Shown piece after piece: positions 1 to 13,357 of a stretch of 64,000 bases of DNA. The DNA lies in assembly GCA_030704615.1 (NCBI GenBank), contig CM060731.1, forward strand, positions 49,290,001-49,354,000. The letters are read 5' to 3'. The first letter of the stretch is position 1. Each line of letters opens with the position of its first letter. Origin of the DNA: Takakia lepidozioides. Taxonomy: Eukaryota > Plantae > Bryophyta. The position numbers and the translations under genes were made by a program. A model generated the notes under the pieces. The model made no database searches, was not told the origin of the DNA, and saw only the letters and a program-made list of their open reading frames with translations.

Positions 1-180
1 TTGGGCTTAGATGGGCCTCGACAAAGGAGACACACAGATGACACTACACACGTGGGCCTCTACATGGGAGAAGCACTTGGATACATAGAAGATTGCACTT
101 GGGCTTAGATGGGCCTCCACATAGGAGACCCACTTGGATACATAGGGGATTGCACTTGGATTTAGATTACATTGGACACT
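1..180. repeat. Degenerate ~57-bp tandem repeat at the window edge
   Basis: GGGCCTCyACATrGGAGA..CACTTGGATACATAG..GATTGCACTTGG..TTAGAT occurs at ~54-110 and ~111-167, with a partial copy at 1-30. Confidence 0.6.
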
Positions 181-1068
181 TGGGCCAACGGCACGGGCTA
201 CCCTAGTGCACATTGCCAAAAGAGAGCAAACTCACGAACTAGTTAATCCCCATATATTTCTGTTAATCTAAGTTTTGGGATAGAGGGAACGGCCAAATCA
301 AGTAAGTCTAAAAATAGCCACAAATGGTGAAAACACAAGGAGTGGATCAAGGAGAGCTAAGAGCAAGGAGAAGAAGAAAAAAGCAAAAGGAATCACAAAG
401 TGGACACTTAGAACCGACACTTAAATCGAAAAAAATTAGGGTAAAAAATTAAGTTGTCTTAAGCTTTGAAACCCTAGAACGGGGTTGGGGCCAGTTGACT
501 TCCCCTTCTTCCCCATCAGCAGACTATCTCCCAAGGTGGGAGGAGAGTGTCCATTGAATGTGTGAGTCGGATAGACGGGTGTCCATGTTGCCCTTGCCTC
601 AAAGCCTTGGAGAACTTGTACACGCCATCGATCCAGAGCTCAGGGAAGAGCTGCATAGATAGTTAACCAACCCCACTCAATATGAAGTTCAAGGTTTTAG
701 GAGGAAAAATAAAAATTCGAACTCGTAGACTGAAACAAATTAACCCTCAAAAAGGTGGTGGGGGCTATGAGTATGGATCATAGAGATACAAGTTTCACAA
801 CTCTAGTAATAGCAGTTCTTTAGTCCTTTTCCAAAATAGAATGCACATCTCATATCCTTCAGATTCAGACCCATATCTGCACTATCTGTACTACTGCATC
901 TTTCAGTTTATTCCATGTAAAATGTAACCCGAGGAAACAAATATCCCTTGTGAACAGGGCCTCCTCTCCACCCCGTCTTTAAAATGACCTGATATTGCAT
1001 ATCGAGGTCTCTGTACATCAGTATGTTTCTTATTAGAGTAACCAAATCAAGCTGCAATATATAACAGC

Positions 1069-2871
1069 TCATGTGCCAATGATGGCATTGAAAACATCCA
1101 CCCCCTGAACAAACAAGAGAACAGAGAGCCATCCACCCCAGTTCCGAAGGAAAGGAAATAAAGCCACAAGCAATCTGAAAAACACTGGCTGGTCTCTCCT
1201 GACCGTCTTCCTACCTAATCTTGTATTTGATTTTACAGCCCTGCGCACAGGCATCCTCCGTCTTCTATCTACTTCCAATTCATCCCAACCCCCCATCTTC
1301 ACTACCCTTCTCACTTCACTGGCTTGTTGGGCAACGCTGCCTACAGCGGACCCAGACATCGGTGCATCGCGAGAGAACTTCTCAGTATCAGCATCTAGCT
1401 CTCTGTAAGGAGTGTCCTCTTGGCCCAAGGCCACACCATTCATGTCAGATCTTGGTCTTGAGTAGTCATAGGGTTGCCGGTTATCAAGTCCAGCACCCCA
1501 CCCGCCATAACTCTCTGCACTTCTCCCAGCGCCCTCAACAGTCGATCGTCCCTGCTCGTAATAGGGATCACGACGTTTCCTCTTTGGCTTTGATGAGGGA
1601 TACATCAAGAAATCCAGAAATGCCTGCCATATTTCAGATACAGAAGGGCCCAAAGCTTTCTGAACTGTGGGGAGGACAGCTAGACCTATCATGAAGAGTA
1701 TAGGGTTAACAAAAAACCACGGTAGTGACATCAAGACTAGTGGCCACGCCCATCGTAGTGATGAGAACACCTGCTCCTGCAGCACCTGATGTTGGAAGAG
1801 CGGATCAGCAAACTTCAAATTCAAAACTTGCGACCTTCAGGAAGCAAACTTGGAGCTTGCTTTACATCACAAGTTGCTAGCAGAGAGAGGTTCAGCAGAA
1901 GACCAAAATGAGGCTTATCCCTGCCAATGTTTTTTCACATGAGCCTAATGTTGGTCATATGTCAATCTTCTTAAGAGCCCGTGAAGACAAGCTCAACAAG
2001 AACAGAAATGGGAGCCAAATTAATGCTAACCTTACCTCCAAAACAATGTCAGCATCTGAAATACGTGCATTGACAACTGCCTCAGAGGCAGATGAGAGAA
2101 AGACAGACAAAGAGAGAGAGACCGAATTGATTTTGGCAATCCTCCACAATTGCTGACATCTTCACGATAGAGACCTCCCCACCAGAATCAGCCCCAACTC
2201 TCCACACCCTTGACCATTCAGCAGCCACCCGCAGGATGCTTGGAAGCAAGATGCTAATATCAACACTGCAACTTCCATACTTGTGACATGTGGATGTGGT
2301 GCACAGCCAGTCGCACAGAGGACATAAACACACTGACAGAGACAAAGATGGATCAACCAAATGAACAAAAGCAAGAGACAACTTTTAAACTTACGGATTT
2401 CAAGTCAAAATTCAGCCCAGCTGTGCTGAACCCAGTGTCCTCCTCTTCATCATATTCCTCATCATAGTCATCATCATCACTTGAAAAGCGCCACCATTGC
2501 CATCTATCAGCAGATGGCTTGCCTTCGGAGTCATAGTCCCACTCCTTGTTAGGCAGATCCCAAGCTCGAGAGTCTTCGGAAGTATAATCTCTAGCGCTCT
2601 TTGTACGATGTCTTCGGACACCTTCTGCATTTGAATCCCAAACATTGTTGTCTCGAAGTTCATCACTTTCACCTTCCGGCCAGTACTCAGGACTAGAACT
2701 TTGATATCGCCTAGGTCTTGTAGAGCTGCCCCTTTCTGCTCTTACACTAAAGTTACTCTTCGCTTTCGTTGTTCGTAACTCCTCCACATAAAGAGGCCTT
2801 AATTGTGCGACTTGGCATGCAGGTGCAGTATCGCAATTATGTCGCTTTCTTGAACTTCTCTGGATTACCAT
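1069..2871 (-). CDS. Plant hypothetical protein, probably plastid-targeted, with a hydrophobic segment; at least 2 exons (2871-2395, 1785-1069), possibly a further 5' exon near 3330-3245
   Basis: ORFs 2353..2871 and 1069..1824 join in frame through a GT-AG intron (DLKS|VLQEQ). Transit-peptide-like N-terminus (FSVRAE), acidic tract, hydrophobic stretch WAWPLVLMSLPWFF..., and C-terminal PVFFRLLVALFPFL. Confidence 0.7.
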
Positions 2872-3736
2872 TTCAGAAGAGTGTGGTTATAACTTGAGAA
2901 GGCCAATTCAACTTCGATATAGGTCCAAGCTTGCCATTAAGGTCAGAAAGAAGCTGGAATGTGGGGACAAACACCTTCCCACAACTCACAAGCAAGTACA
3001 AAACAACAAGCGCGACAAATCTGTAGACCTAGTTTTCTCCCGTCTCAGGACCAAGAGCAAATGCCTTACGGAACGATTTCAGTTCCCGCCCTGTATGTCA
3101 ACTCAAGCGGTACTTTCAGATGGGAGAACAAGATTGAAATTCTTGCAAAACGAAGTACCTGTAATTGTCTTACGCAAAGAATCCACTGAGAACTACACCC
3201 CGCAATGCAAAATCTTGCATCTCTGCGTGAGCCATAGGAGATACCTCCCCCGTATCCAATCACTCCGCTATATGAGCGTGAATCTGGACTCCTGCAGGTT
3301 CCGCCGACGGAAGCCACCCAGGTGCTCATTAAGGCCTCGGATTTCCACCGTCCCACACCACTCTCGTGCCCAGAGCATCACACACCAGCCAAGCCCCGGA
3401 TCTCCAAAACCCAATCAAAACTTTGATCCAACATTCTCATCTTTGAAAGACAAGTCGATTTCCGCACCTCAATTGCAGGTCTCTATCTCCGCAGTGGATC
3501 TCGAGAAAGAGTCTCGCGAGGACAGACCTCCATTCCGGGTTGGCCATGTGTCCCCATAGATAGCCTTGTGTTGGATGGACGATGCTCTGGTGAATGGAAA
3601 TTTGGGTTTATTCGTTCACTCCCGCCACAGTAAAAACATTCCAGTCAGACAAACCCTCCCGCCTTTGGGCATAGGGCTTCTTTGTCCTCCGAGGAAGAGT
3701 CTGCTTGCAAGCACACTGTGGAGATGTGTGTTCCGG

Positions 3737-5684
3737 ATGCCATGCACGGCTGAAGATGATACAGGTACTGGGTGTGATCGGGAACCCCAAGTGTTGTACT
3801 TGACCGTTTTTCTGAGATGCAATTGTGTTTGCACCGGTTGGTTTATTTATCCTTGCAGCTGGAAGACGAGTATTTTGTGAAGAGTGGAGCGGGAATCAGA
3901 TGGTTATTTGGGTATCCGTAAGTGTCTAATTTGTGTAGGTATTGTGCTTCGTCTGCAGTTCAATGCAGCTCGTGCATTTGTGAACAATGTCACAGAATTC
4001 TTTGGACGAGCAGATGGGGAGCGATCCAAGTGTCCACGCTGCAAGGGGACAGGCTTGCTTGCGGGCCGGCCTTTCTGGCATTGGGATCAGCCTCCTGCGA
4101 GTAATAAACCCTGCTGGTTTTGTGAAGGGTATGTGGCGCTTTCCTCCCATGTCTTTGCTGGTGTTGTTACCCCTCTCTTTCTGCATGGAGTATCGCTCAC
4201 TCCCGCTTTGACTGGAGCAAGCTGTGGTCCCATTCTGCTCTCTTGCTGTTCTCCTCGCCTTGTCCCTGCCCCCATTTTTCATTCTTCTGTGACAGGGCGG
4301 AGGGTCTATGAAAAAAGTGTCTGACGAGTAAACAACACACACACTATCTCTCAAAATCAGGCACACTTGAACTCAGTTATTCACGTTCTTTCACCCTAGT
4401 ATTGTAGCAATCTGCTCCCAATTTATTGTTGCAAGGGAGGCATCCAGTGGGAACTTTATTATGACTGGTAGACCTTTCTATGACGGTATTTGGACATCTC
4501 CTTCCGTTATAATCAAATGTAAGCAGGCGTATCACTGCAGGGTGGGCGTGATGCCAATTGTCGGATTGAGTGGGTTCATGTGTGGACGATCTACACCGGT
4601 TTTTCAGACCCGGGATATAAAACCGCGGCCTCGACCGCCCATCAAAGTGCAGCTCTGTCTTGGAAAGTATCCAGGGGCAAAGTGCAATCTAACTTCCTAT
4701 AAACCCTCCAATGAGCTATCTAACTTGCTTTACGATCCCTATCACTGCCCCAGTTGGCTGAATACCTTTGAGTCCATCACAATGTTGGACGGCGATTCAG
4801 AGGATGGAAGCAATGGAAGCATAGGCATGGAAACAGCTGATCCCATGACTATGCCTAGAGAGAAACCTGGAAAAATGCGAAATGCAGGCATGGAGGTTCC
4901 ATTTAGGACCCCGAAGACCCCTGAATATTCTCGAAGCCCTCGCCAGCATCGCACAAATGTCAAAATCAGGAACTTCATGAGATATCCTGCATCTCCTCAC
5001 TATTCCCATCGACCCTCTGTCACTCCCCAAAACATATATCTGCAGGCGTCACCTTACAGGAGCGCATACTCTCAGTCACCCTCATCCATGTATGCAAATC
5101 ACACAAGCAAGACAAACAAGAAGGGGGAAAGTCCTTCGTCTGCCAACAGATCCAATATTGCACGACGTCTGAATCCAAGGCGCACTCCCTTGTCACCTTC
5201 CTTGCATGTCCCTACAATGCAGGCGGCACAATCACCAACAGATCAGGGTACCTATCTTGACCCAAATGAGACAGAGTTAGGGAACCCTGCGAAGTCTGGA
5301 AGTCCTATTCTGCGTAGTCCTAGGGGTTCAAGGTCTCCAAGGCGGGAGAGGAACCGGATTCGAGAAGAGGCTGAGAAAGAAGCTGTGGAGAGAGCCCACA
5401 AGTCTCAGCTGCTCTTGGCTACCCTCTCTGAGGAGGCAACCACCGCTACTTCAGACTCTACCCTAGGTATGTGTATACTGCTTGGATGTCTATTTTACCA
5501 AGGCCGATACTCATGTCAACAAATGTTCCATCCCCAGTGGTAACAGCTGTTCCTGTTCACTTCCAAGTCACTTGCCTCATTTCCTTTATAGGTAGTTGTG
5601 CTTTTATTGTTGACAGGGTTTGCCGAAGATGTGAAGCAGTGCTTCACCAGCATGCTGTTCATAGAGAGAAGGATCGCTATATAA
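3737..5684 (+). CDS. Protein with a DnaJ-like CxxCxGxG zinc-finger pair followed by a Ser/Pro/Arg-rich disordered region; 3' end uncertain
   Basis: Predicted exons ~3737-3764, 3859-3911, 3959-4128, 4541-5466, 5617-5684 splice in frame via GT-AG introns, giving CPRCKGTG and CWFCEG|VG motifs, then the 360-aa ORF. Confidence 0.6.
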
Positions 5685-7997
5685 CTAAGCTGAATTAGCA
5701 GTCCTAGACCATTCTCTTGCACAGCTAGCTCTTCATACCTACAATTTTTGTCTTCCCTTTTCAGGCATAATTTGGAAGGGACAGTTGGAAATGTTGAAGC
5801 CGGTATTGGAAATAAGCCCACTCGTAAACATTCTCTGATGTGCACTTCTAATTTTCTTTTGGATATGAGTATGTTTGTAGTGGGTATTGGCATCAGAGTT
5901 ATCAGCCATTGCTGTTTCTAATTGGCTTATGTGATGCAAACAGATGGCACAGGGTCGGCAAGCAACACTCATAGTGAAGTATTTGGAAACAGCTTAGGAG
6001 TGGAGACAGCTACTCCGAGTCGCCAAATGCCATGGCCTCGTTTGGCTGCATCAAGCAGGCGGCTTTCTTCAGACCTTTCCTCAATGAACCAGTTCCTCTA
6101 TGGTAAGGTGAAAGAGGGGCTTCTACGTCCTCCTACATTCGGCAAAGCCTTTTAGTTTGTGGTTGGTGTTTCTTGTGTGATTTTGAAGGGATGGTGGAGG
6201 ACTAATGTGTACGTCGTGCCAAAATGAGTCATGGTACTGTAAACTAGTCTTTTTTAGCTGGGGGCTTAACAGCTTTCCTTAGCTTTCTGTACTCTTTATT
6301 CTTTCGGCTTAAGGCTTGATAGAAACTACTATTGAACATCATATTATATCAGAAGCCGCAATTTTTCGGATTCAGGGTTTCTGAGATTGTGTGTGTTAAT
6401 CCTATGAATTAGTCTTGGAGATGGGAGTGTAGGGAATGTAAATGGGGTTTGCCATGTTAGGGGCTAGGCCCCTCAACTTCAGGTTGACATGAAAGCTGTA
6501 CTTACATCTGACCCCCGCACCCTGTTTGGGTGGAATGAGTAGAACTAACCTTAATGAGGTTGATTCTGGCCTTCCTACGTTATACCATCAGGTTGATAAA
6601 TACTTTGGTACCTAGACCCCAAAGTATTCGGCTTCATTTCTAAAGCAGCGACTGCCTTTTGAGGTTCTTTCAAAGAGGGCCTAACAGTGTGATTACAACA
6701 AGCATCTACTCGTGCTGTGGAGAGGTCTCCACTTCATTGAACCATGATGAGAATCGCATGAGGTCAATCACAACCCTGGAAAACCATCAAGAAAAGGTCA
6801 AATTTAAATTTGTTGTACCAAACTTGACAATGAGAGGAAGAGCTATTGCCTAATTGCCTCGTCTGTTATTGTATTCCTAGCATTCATATTGTGTGTTGCG
6901 AGAGCAAAATGCAGTGACAATACAATTGGCCTATTTTCAACTTTCCTTTCAGTTAAAGAGCCAAGCAAAGCACAAGAAGGCCTGTAGGGGTTTGATTGCG
7001 TGGATAAAAGAGAGAGAGACACACACACACTCAAGTACTACAAGTTATCCCAGTGAAACCTGTAGAGCATAGCACATAGTGGCCCTTCCCTCAGCAACAT
7101 TAGCCTTTATGTGATCTACATCCACCCAAGAGTTGCAGCTTAAAAAACAAACAGTGAAGCCGCAGCTCGGGCTTCCGTGGCATCTCGGTTCCACCTGTCT
7201 CAGTTGATATTTTTGAAGTTGCTGTTCCATGTGTTCTCAACATCAAGGCCCTGCTCTTTAACATGTGTTGTGCGTGATTTGGGACGTCGACCGCCGCCCA
7301 TTTCGTTGATGGGTTGACGAAACCATGCGTTGCCCCCGACAACAATTTCTCCTCACTTGCTGCTACCTTCTTAGTAGGTCGAAATTATGTTAGGCCTGAA
7401 CTCCCAACTTAACACACCGCATGTTTGTCCTTGTTCAAAAATCAGGTCAAAGCTCTTGTTTGGGATAGCCCTCCCAACAACGGCAGGCCATGCCACTAGA
7501 GTACTGTTTTAAACTGACACTAACCACAACAACCAAACATTGTGAAATGTTCTCAGGTATTGGGATTTTCACTGCTAGAAATTAGCTTCCTAGGGTTTCA
7601 GGCTCCGTTGCTAACTCCTCTAACATACCGGCACCCCTGTTCCTGTCTACACCATGAGAACACTGATGGGTGAAGTTCATCATCTGAAACAAGTTCTGCA
7701 CATACGCTCATGGCCCAGCAAAAGGTGAAGATAATGGCAACCATCTTCCTCCCAAATTGCCATGTCTGGCTTCCATCTGCTTATCTGAAACCAGCTCCAG
7801 TGAGCCCTACAGAAATAACCGACCGTGTCGCCTAGATCCAAGCTCTGGATACCCTCTCGCTCGAACCAATGGATCAATTGCTGTGGAGCATGGCGGTATC
7901 TGGTAAAACGAACCATGCAAGACGTAAATAGCACCTTACGTGAAACACGATGTGTCACCGTCGCTTTCATGTCCAATTACTCCATCTACGTTGAGGA

Positions 7998-8393
7998 TCA
8001 AAGAGAAAGCAACGACAGCTGCTCGTCAAGCGAGCACTCAACACAGCACGAAGTGCGGCAGCGAGCTGGAATGAGCACAAGGCCCAGGCTGCGCTGCTCC
8101 ATGGGAGGGGGCTCCTTCATCACCGATGCAGAGGGACCAGGAATTTTCCTGAACTCCAGGGTGTCATACAAAATTATGTTCCCTTGTTTGTCCAGACAAT
8201 GAAATTTCCCCACAAACACCCGTCCGTCCTCTACTCCCACACGCAGCCTGCGATACAGAAGCTTCCGCGCCCGCTTCACAATGGGCTTCACCGTCTCCAC
8301 TCCCTGCTCTTCCTGCTTCTCTTCTCCACCTTCCCCACCTGCCTCCTCCCTCCCTTCCTGCGACACTCCCTCCATCTCTCTACCGGCCAACAT
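7998..8393 (-). CDS. NAA38: Sm-like (LSm) protein, NatC auxiliary subunit NAA38/LSMD1 (Mak31)
   Basis: Intronless ORF with Sm1 (LLYRRLRVGVEDGRVFVGKFHCLDKQGNIIL) and Sm2 (RSLGLVLIP) motifs and the plant C-terminus CSLDEQLSLLSL. Confidence 0.88.
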   Translation of the reverse strand: MLAGREMEGVSQEGREEAGGEGGEEKQEEQGVETVKPIVKRARKLLYRRLRVGVEDGRVFVGKFHCLDKQGNIILYDTLEFRKIPGPSASVMKEPPPMEQRSLGLVLIPARCRTSCCVECSLDEQLSLLSL

Positions 8394-10868
8394 CTCTCGC
8401 CTGCCTCGTCCTGGCAGCCACAACACCGACTGTCACTTTTTACCATGGTTAAACTCTGACCAGGGATCAGAAAGTAGACGTAATACACCTGTATTTGGTC
8501 ACCCACTATGTAGGTAGCTACGTCATCCCCATGGTGTTACATACATACATCGCATATTTCATTGTTTTTCGAAAGAAGAATGGCGGAGTGTTGCCAAAGC
8601 TCATCTCCGTAATTCATTGTATCTATCTATCTACGCCCAAGAAGTGAGGGGGAGTTGAACCCCCTTTTCTGCCCAGTATGCAGACACTTCTGCAAGCTGG
8701 ACCAGAGAGAGATATAAAGAGAAAACCCAGTAGATCCACAACAGCACAAAGAGGAAACGAGAATCCCAACCCTTTGCGCAACAATTGTACATTGCACCAC
8801 GGCTCGCTACAAATCCTTCTGATGACAGTGCCCTCACACCCAAAGGAGGAGCAGTAAGTATATTGTCCTCTCATTATTCACATAAGTTATCCCTTAGTTG
8901 GGTGTATTTTCATTTATATTAATTGAACCAACATACAACAATTGCTCGGCCAACAATCTTTGAGATGAATTTGGTGGAGGTGTGGCAGTCTCCAAACACT
9001 CAAAGATTCTTGTGAGTCGTGTTGATCGGAGCGCGTGTCAGGCACATACCCCACCTCTTCATCTGCCCAGACAATCTTCTCAACTCATCATGGATTTCCT
9101 TAATTCTGGGATGCAACTTGTCATCTACAACAAAGGTGTGCACCCTGTTGCCAACCTCAATGCAGTAGCGACCTGGCTCCCTTCTAACCCCTCTGACCTT
9201 CATCATTCTTCTCACCTTTGTAGTATCATCCCACCTATCAGCTGCAGCATAGATGTTTGACATAGCAACACATAAGTTGCGGCATCCTGTTCATCCCAGT
9301 TGAGAATAGATGTTGTCACACGTTCAGCCATCTCCACATTGCCATGGATTCTACAGGCACCAAGCAAGCCCTTCCACACCACAAACATCTGGATTGATTG
9401 GCATTTTATTAATCATGTCCACTGCCTCATCCAGTTGTCCCGCACGTCCAAGAAGGTCCATCATGCAGCCAAAGTGCTTTACTGGCAGGGTGACACCATG
9501 ATCTTGACTCACGGAATTGAAGTAGCGTCTTCCTTCATTCAGTAGGTCGGTGTGGCTGCATGCAAAGAGAACACACATAAAGGTGATCATGTCCCGGCTT
9601 CAAGCCGTTCTTTTGCATTCCTTCAAATAGTTGCAGGACCTCTCTATGACAACCATGCTGGGCATATCTTGCGATCATCGTATTCCACGACACCACATTT
9701 CATTCAGCCATATTGTCAAATACTCCCTTTGCATGCTCAATGCACCCACATTACTTAAGGACTGCCTCCACCTCGTACTCAGGTTCATTTTCATGATCCA
9801 ACAGCACAGGTGACGGACGCAACACTTTGCATACATATGCACCAGGGCAGTGTCTAGAATGACATTTGATACAATTCCAGCTTTGATGATGTCACCATGC
9901 ACCTCCTTGCCCTTTCCCAGGGCTGTCAGGCTTGCACAAGCATTGCAAACGCACACAAACTTGATGTGGTTGCACTTCACCCCTTTCCCCATCATTTGCT
10001 CATAGGTCTCCAAGGCCTCCATCCCGCGCCCCTGCTGTGCATATCCTGCAAGCATGGCGTTCCATGACACCAAATCTCGTTCAGTCATATTGTTGAACAC
10101 TCCCTCCGCATCGAGAGTATTGTTTAGAATCACATCTGGTACAATTCCAGCTTTGGCGATGCAACCATGCACCTCTTTGCCTTTTTCCAGGGCTGCCAGG
10201 ATTGCACACGCACACAAACATGATATGGTCGGGCTTCACCCCTTCCCCTATCATTTGCTCATAGGTCTCCAAAGCCTTCATCCCACGCCCCTGCTGTGCA
10301 TACCCCTGCAAGCATCGCGTTCCACGACACCACATCTCGTTCAGCCATAGTGTTGAAATTAACTCCTCTTTGCATCCTTAATGCACCCACATTTGGCATA
10401 CATGTCCACCAGGGCAGTGTTCATGATGACATCTGGTACAATTCCAGCTTTGACGATGTCACCATGGACCTCCAAAGTTCCCAGGTTTGCACACGCATTG
10501 CAAACACAAACAAATGTGATGTGGTTGGTTTTCCCCCCTTCGCACATCATTTGTTCATATGTCTCCAAAGCCTCCATCTCGCACCTTTCCTGTGCATATC
10601 CTGCAATTATCACACTCCACAAATACCACATCATGTTCAACCATATTGTCGAACACTCCATTTGCATCCTCGATGCACCCACATTTGACATACATGTCCA
10701 TCAGGGCAGTGTCCAGAGTGAAATCGGGTACAATTCCAGATTTGACGATGTCACCATGGACCTCTTTGCCCTTTTCCAGGGCTGTCAGGCTTGCACACGC
10801 ATTGCAAATGCAAACAAACGTCATGTGGTTGGGCTTCACTCCCTTCGCACATCATTTGCTTTTAGGTC

Positions 10869-11186
10869 TGATAACGACTATGCTACGATCATCTTAGAAT
10901 AGTTCTTGTTTTGTCTTGACTACCCTCTGTTGTATGAACCAAGAGACCTCAGTCCTTTTGACTAAAAGCTTTTATATTAAGACTGTAGATTAGGCCTAAT
11001 CAATAGGATTAAGCAATCTACAGGGATATGGTTTTATATGACGTTCATGGTTTAGCTATCTTTAAAACGATTACTTCGTAATCGTTTATGAAAGCATACC
11101 GTCGGACAACCTCTGTTGCATGTCTTAGGAAATGGGCAGTAGTGTCGATAGTCTGTTTTGTCTAAGTCATAGACCAGCGGTTAACA
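10869..11186. mobile_element. Solo LTR (318 bp) with a 5-bp target-site duplication
   Basis: Starts TGATAAC and ends GTTAACA (imperfect inverted termini), flanked by AGGTC at 10864-10868 and 11187-11191. Removing it restores PPR motif continuity. Confidence 0.85.
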
Positions 11187-12742
11187 AGGTCTCCAAAGCC
11201 TCCATCCCGCGCCTGTGCTGTGCACATCCTGCAATCATCGCACTCCACAACACCACATCACGTTCAGCCATACTGTCGAACACTCCATTTGCATCCTCGA
11301 TGCATCCACATTTGACATACATGTCCACTAGGGCAGTGTTCAGAGTGAAATTGGGTACAATTGCAGATTTGATGATGTCACCATGGACCTCTTTGCACTT
11401 TTCCAGGGCTTCCAGGCTTGCACACGCATTGCAAATGCAAACAAACGTTATGTGGTTGGGCTTCACCCCCTTCGCACATCATTTGCTCATAGGTCTCCAA
11501 AGCCTCCATCCCGCGCCCTCATTGCACATCCTGAAATCATCATACTCCATGACATCACATCACGTTCAGCCATATTGTCGAACACTCACTTCATACATGT
11601 CCACGAGGGTATTGTTCAAAATGACATTTGGTCAATTGCAGCTCTGACAATGTCGCCATGGACCTCTTTGCCCTTTTCCAGATTTGTCAGGCTTGCACAC
11701 GCACTGCAAATGCACAGAAACATGATGTGATTGGGCTTCACCCCTTCCCCCATCATTTGATCATAGGTCTCTAAAGCCTCCATACCACGTCCCTGTTGTG
11801 GATACCCTGTAAGCCTCGTGTTCCATGACACCACATCTTGTTCTGCCACGGTGTTGAAAACTCCCTTCGCATCTTTAATGCACCCACACTTGGCATACAT
11901 GTCCACCAGGGCAGTGTTCAGAATGACATCTGGTACAATTTCAGCTTTGACGATGTCACCATGGACCTCTTTCCCATTTTCCAGAGCTCCCAGGCTTGCT
12001 CACACATTGCAAACACAAACAAATGTGATGTGGTTGGGCTTCACCCCTTTGCGCAGCATTTGCTCATAGGTCTCCAAAGCATTTCTACCACACCCATGCT
12101 TGGTAAATCCTGCCAACATTATATTCCAAGTGACCAAAGATCGTTGAGGCATTTTGTTGAACACTTGGTGAGCATCCATGATGCTCCCGCACTTAACATA
12201 CATGTTGACAAGAGTGTTGAGGAGAAAAACATTTGGCGCGAATCCACTTTAGATAATTAATGTGAGTGTGCATCTGCTTTCCAGCTTCCAGACCTTCCAT
12301 CTTGATGCACTTAAGCAAGAGACAGACATACGTATCTGAAATGCCTTCTTGTTTAAAGTTTGTAGAGCCTCTGTCAGTCAGTCTGCCGCACAAAATATCT
12401 TTACATGCCCAGAAGTGCTAGAAGAGGCATTGTGGACTCCCTCTCTTTATCCTCTTTAAGAAGCTGCGGTGATGGTTGAGGTGCCTGATTTTATCAACCG
12501 TGCCACTGCAGCTGCTGCCTTTGGTTGACCATCTACCAATGCAGGTTTCTTGTAGCTATTGATCCACAGGGAATCTTAGGTAATCTGGAGCTTGAAGTCC
12601 GGCCCTCTTGGATGAATCTGGACTCACACTCTATCCCTGCTCCTTCAGCTACCTCTGCACAGATCATACATCCTTGCCTTGCTGCTACAAGCTGACAATG
12701 ACAGCCTAGATTTGTTCTAGGAAACACCCAACTCAACATATC

Positions 12743-13344
12743 TGTCACGGACATAGCCCAGAGGAACTTATCAGGAGTAAATACCAAAAGTTACCAAGTT
12801 ACCAAGTTACCGAGAGTTTATCAAATTACCAAGAGTAACTTAAGAAACTGCTCAGGAAGCTTCCTTTGGAGGAAAGTTCTCCATCAAGATACCTCATTTG
12901 TTTAAGGAAGCTTCTCCATCAAGAAATCTTTGTTTAATTTTGGAAACTGCTCGATCAAGAAACCTCTATAGGGGAAGCTTCTTAGGGAACTTTTTAGTAA
13001 CCAGTATATATAGGAGGCAAGACTGGACACTCTTCAGTCTCGCCAACACCAGTTCAAACTACTCTTGTTTCCAGTTCCCAGTACTCCAGTCCAGTTCCCA
13101 ATACTCTAGCCCAGTTTCTGGTACTCCAGTCCAGTTTCCAGTATCTGGTACTCCAGTCCAGTTTCCAGCATTCCAGTATTCAAGTCGTGTTCCAGTATCT
13201 TGTACTTTTGTTCATTGTTATAAAGATCGTCTTATTCATATTTACTCATCATGCATTCGGCCATGCCGACCTTGACTTCTTGTTTAGTCTTGTACCTCTA
13301 GTCTGATCTTTTGTTTGTGTTCAGTCATGTTCTCGTCCTTGACA
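12743..13344 (+). repeat. 5' LTR of the chromovirus (602 bp)
   Basis: TGTCACGGACATAGCCCAGA...CCTTGACA; TATA box at 13005-13012; internal ~20-bp CCAGT-rich repeats at 13071-13180. Confidence 0.92.
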
Positions 13345-13346
13345 GT

Positions 13347-13357
13347 TTGGCGAGACT
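13347..13357 (+). promoter_or_regulatory. Primer-binding site of Tf1 self-priming type
   Basis: TTGGCGAGACT, 2 nt after the 5' LTR, is the exact reverse complement of AGTCTCGCCAA at 13036-13046. Confidence 0.75.

Noticed and set aside
9300-12300. Many + strand ORFs over the PPR loci (also at 19979-21312, 32256-34893 and antisense at 38581-40478)
   Set aside because: Antisense shadows of repetitive PPR coding sequence.
12370-12580. In-frame stops in the PPR pseudogene as sites repaired by U-to-C editing
   Set aside because: This is a nuclear locus, the stops mostly do not align with CAA/CGA codons in the paralogs, and many frameshifts show real decay.
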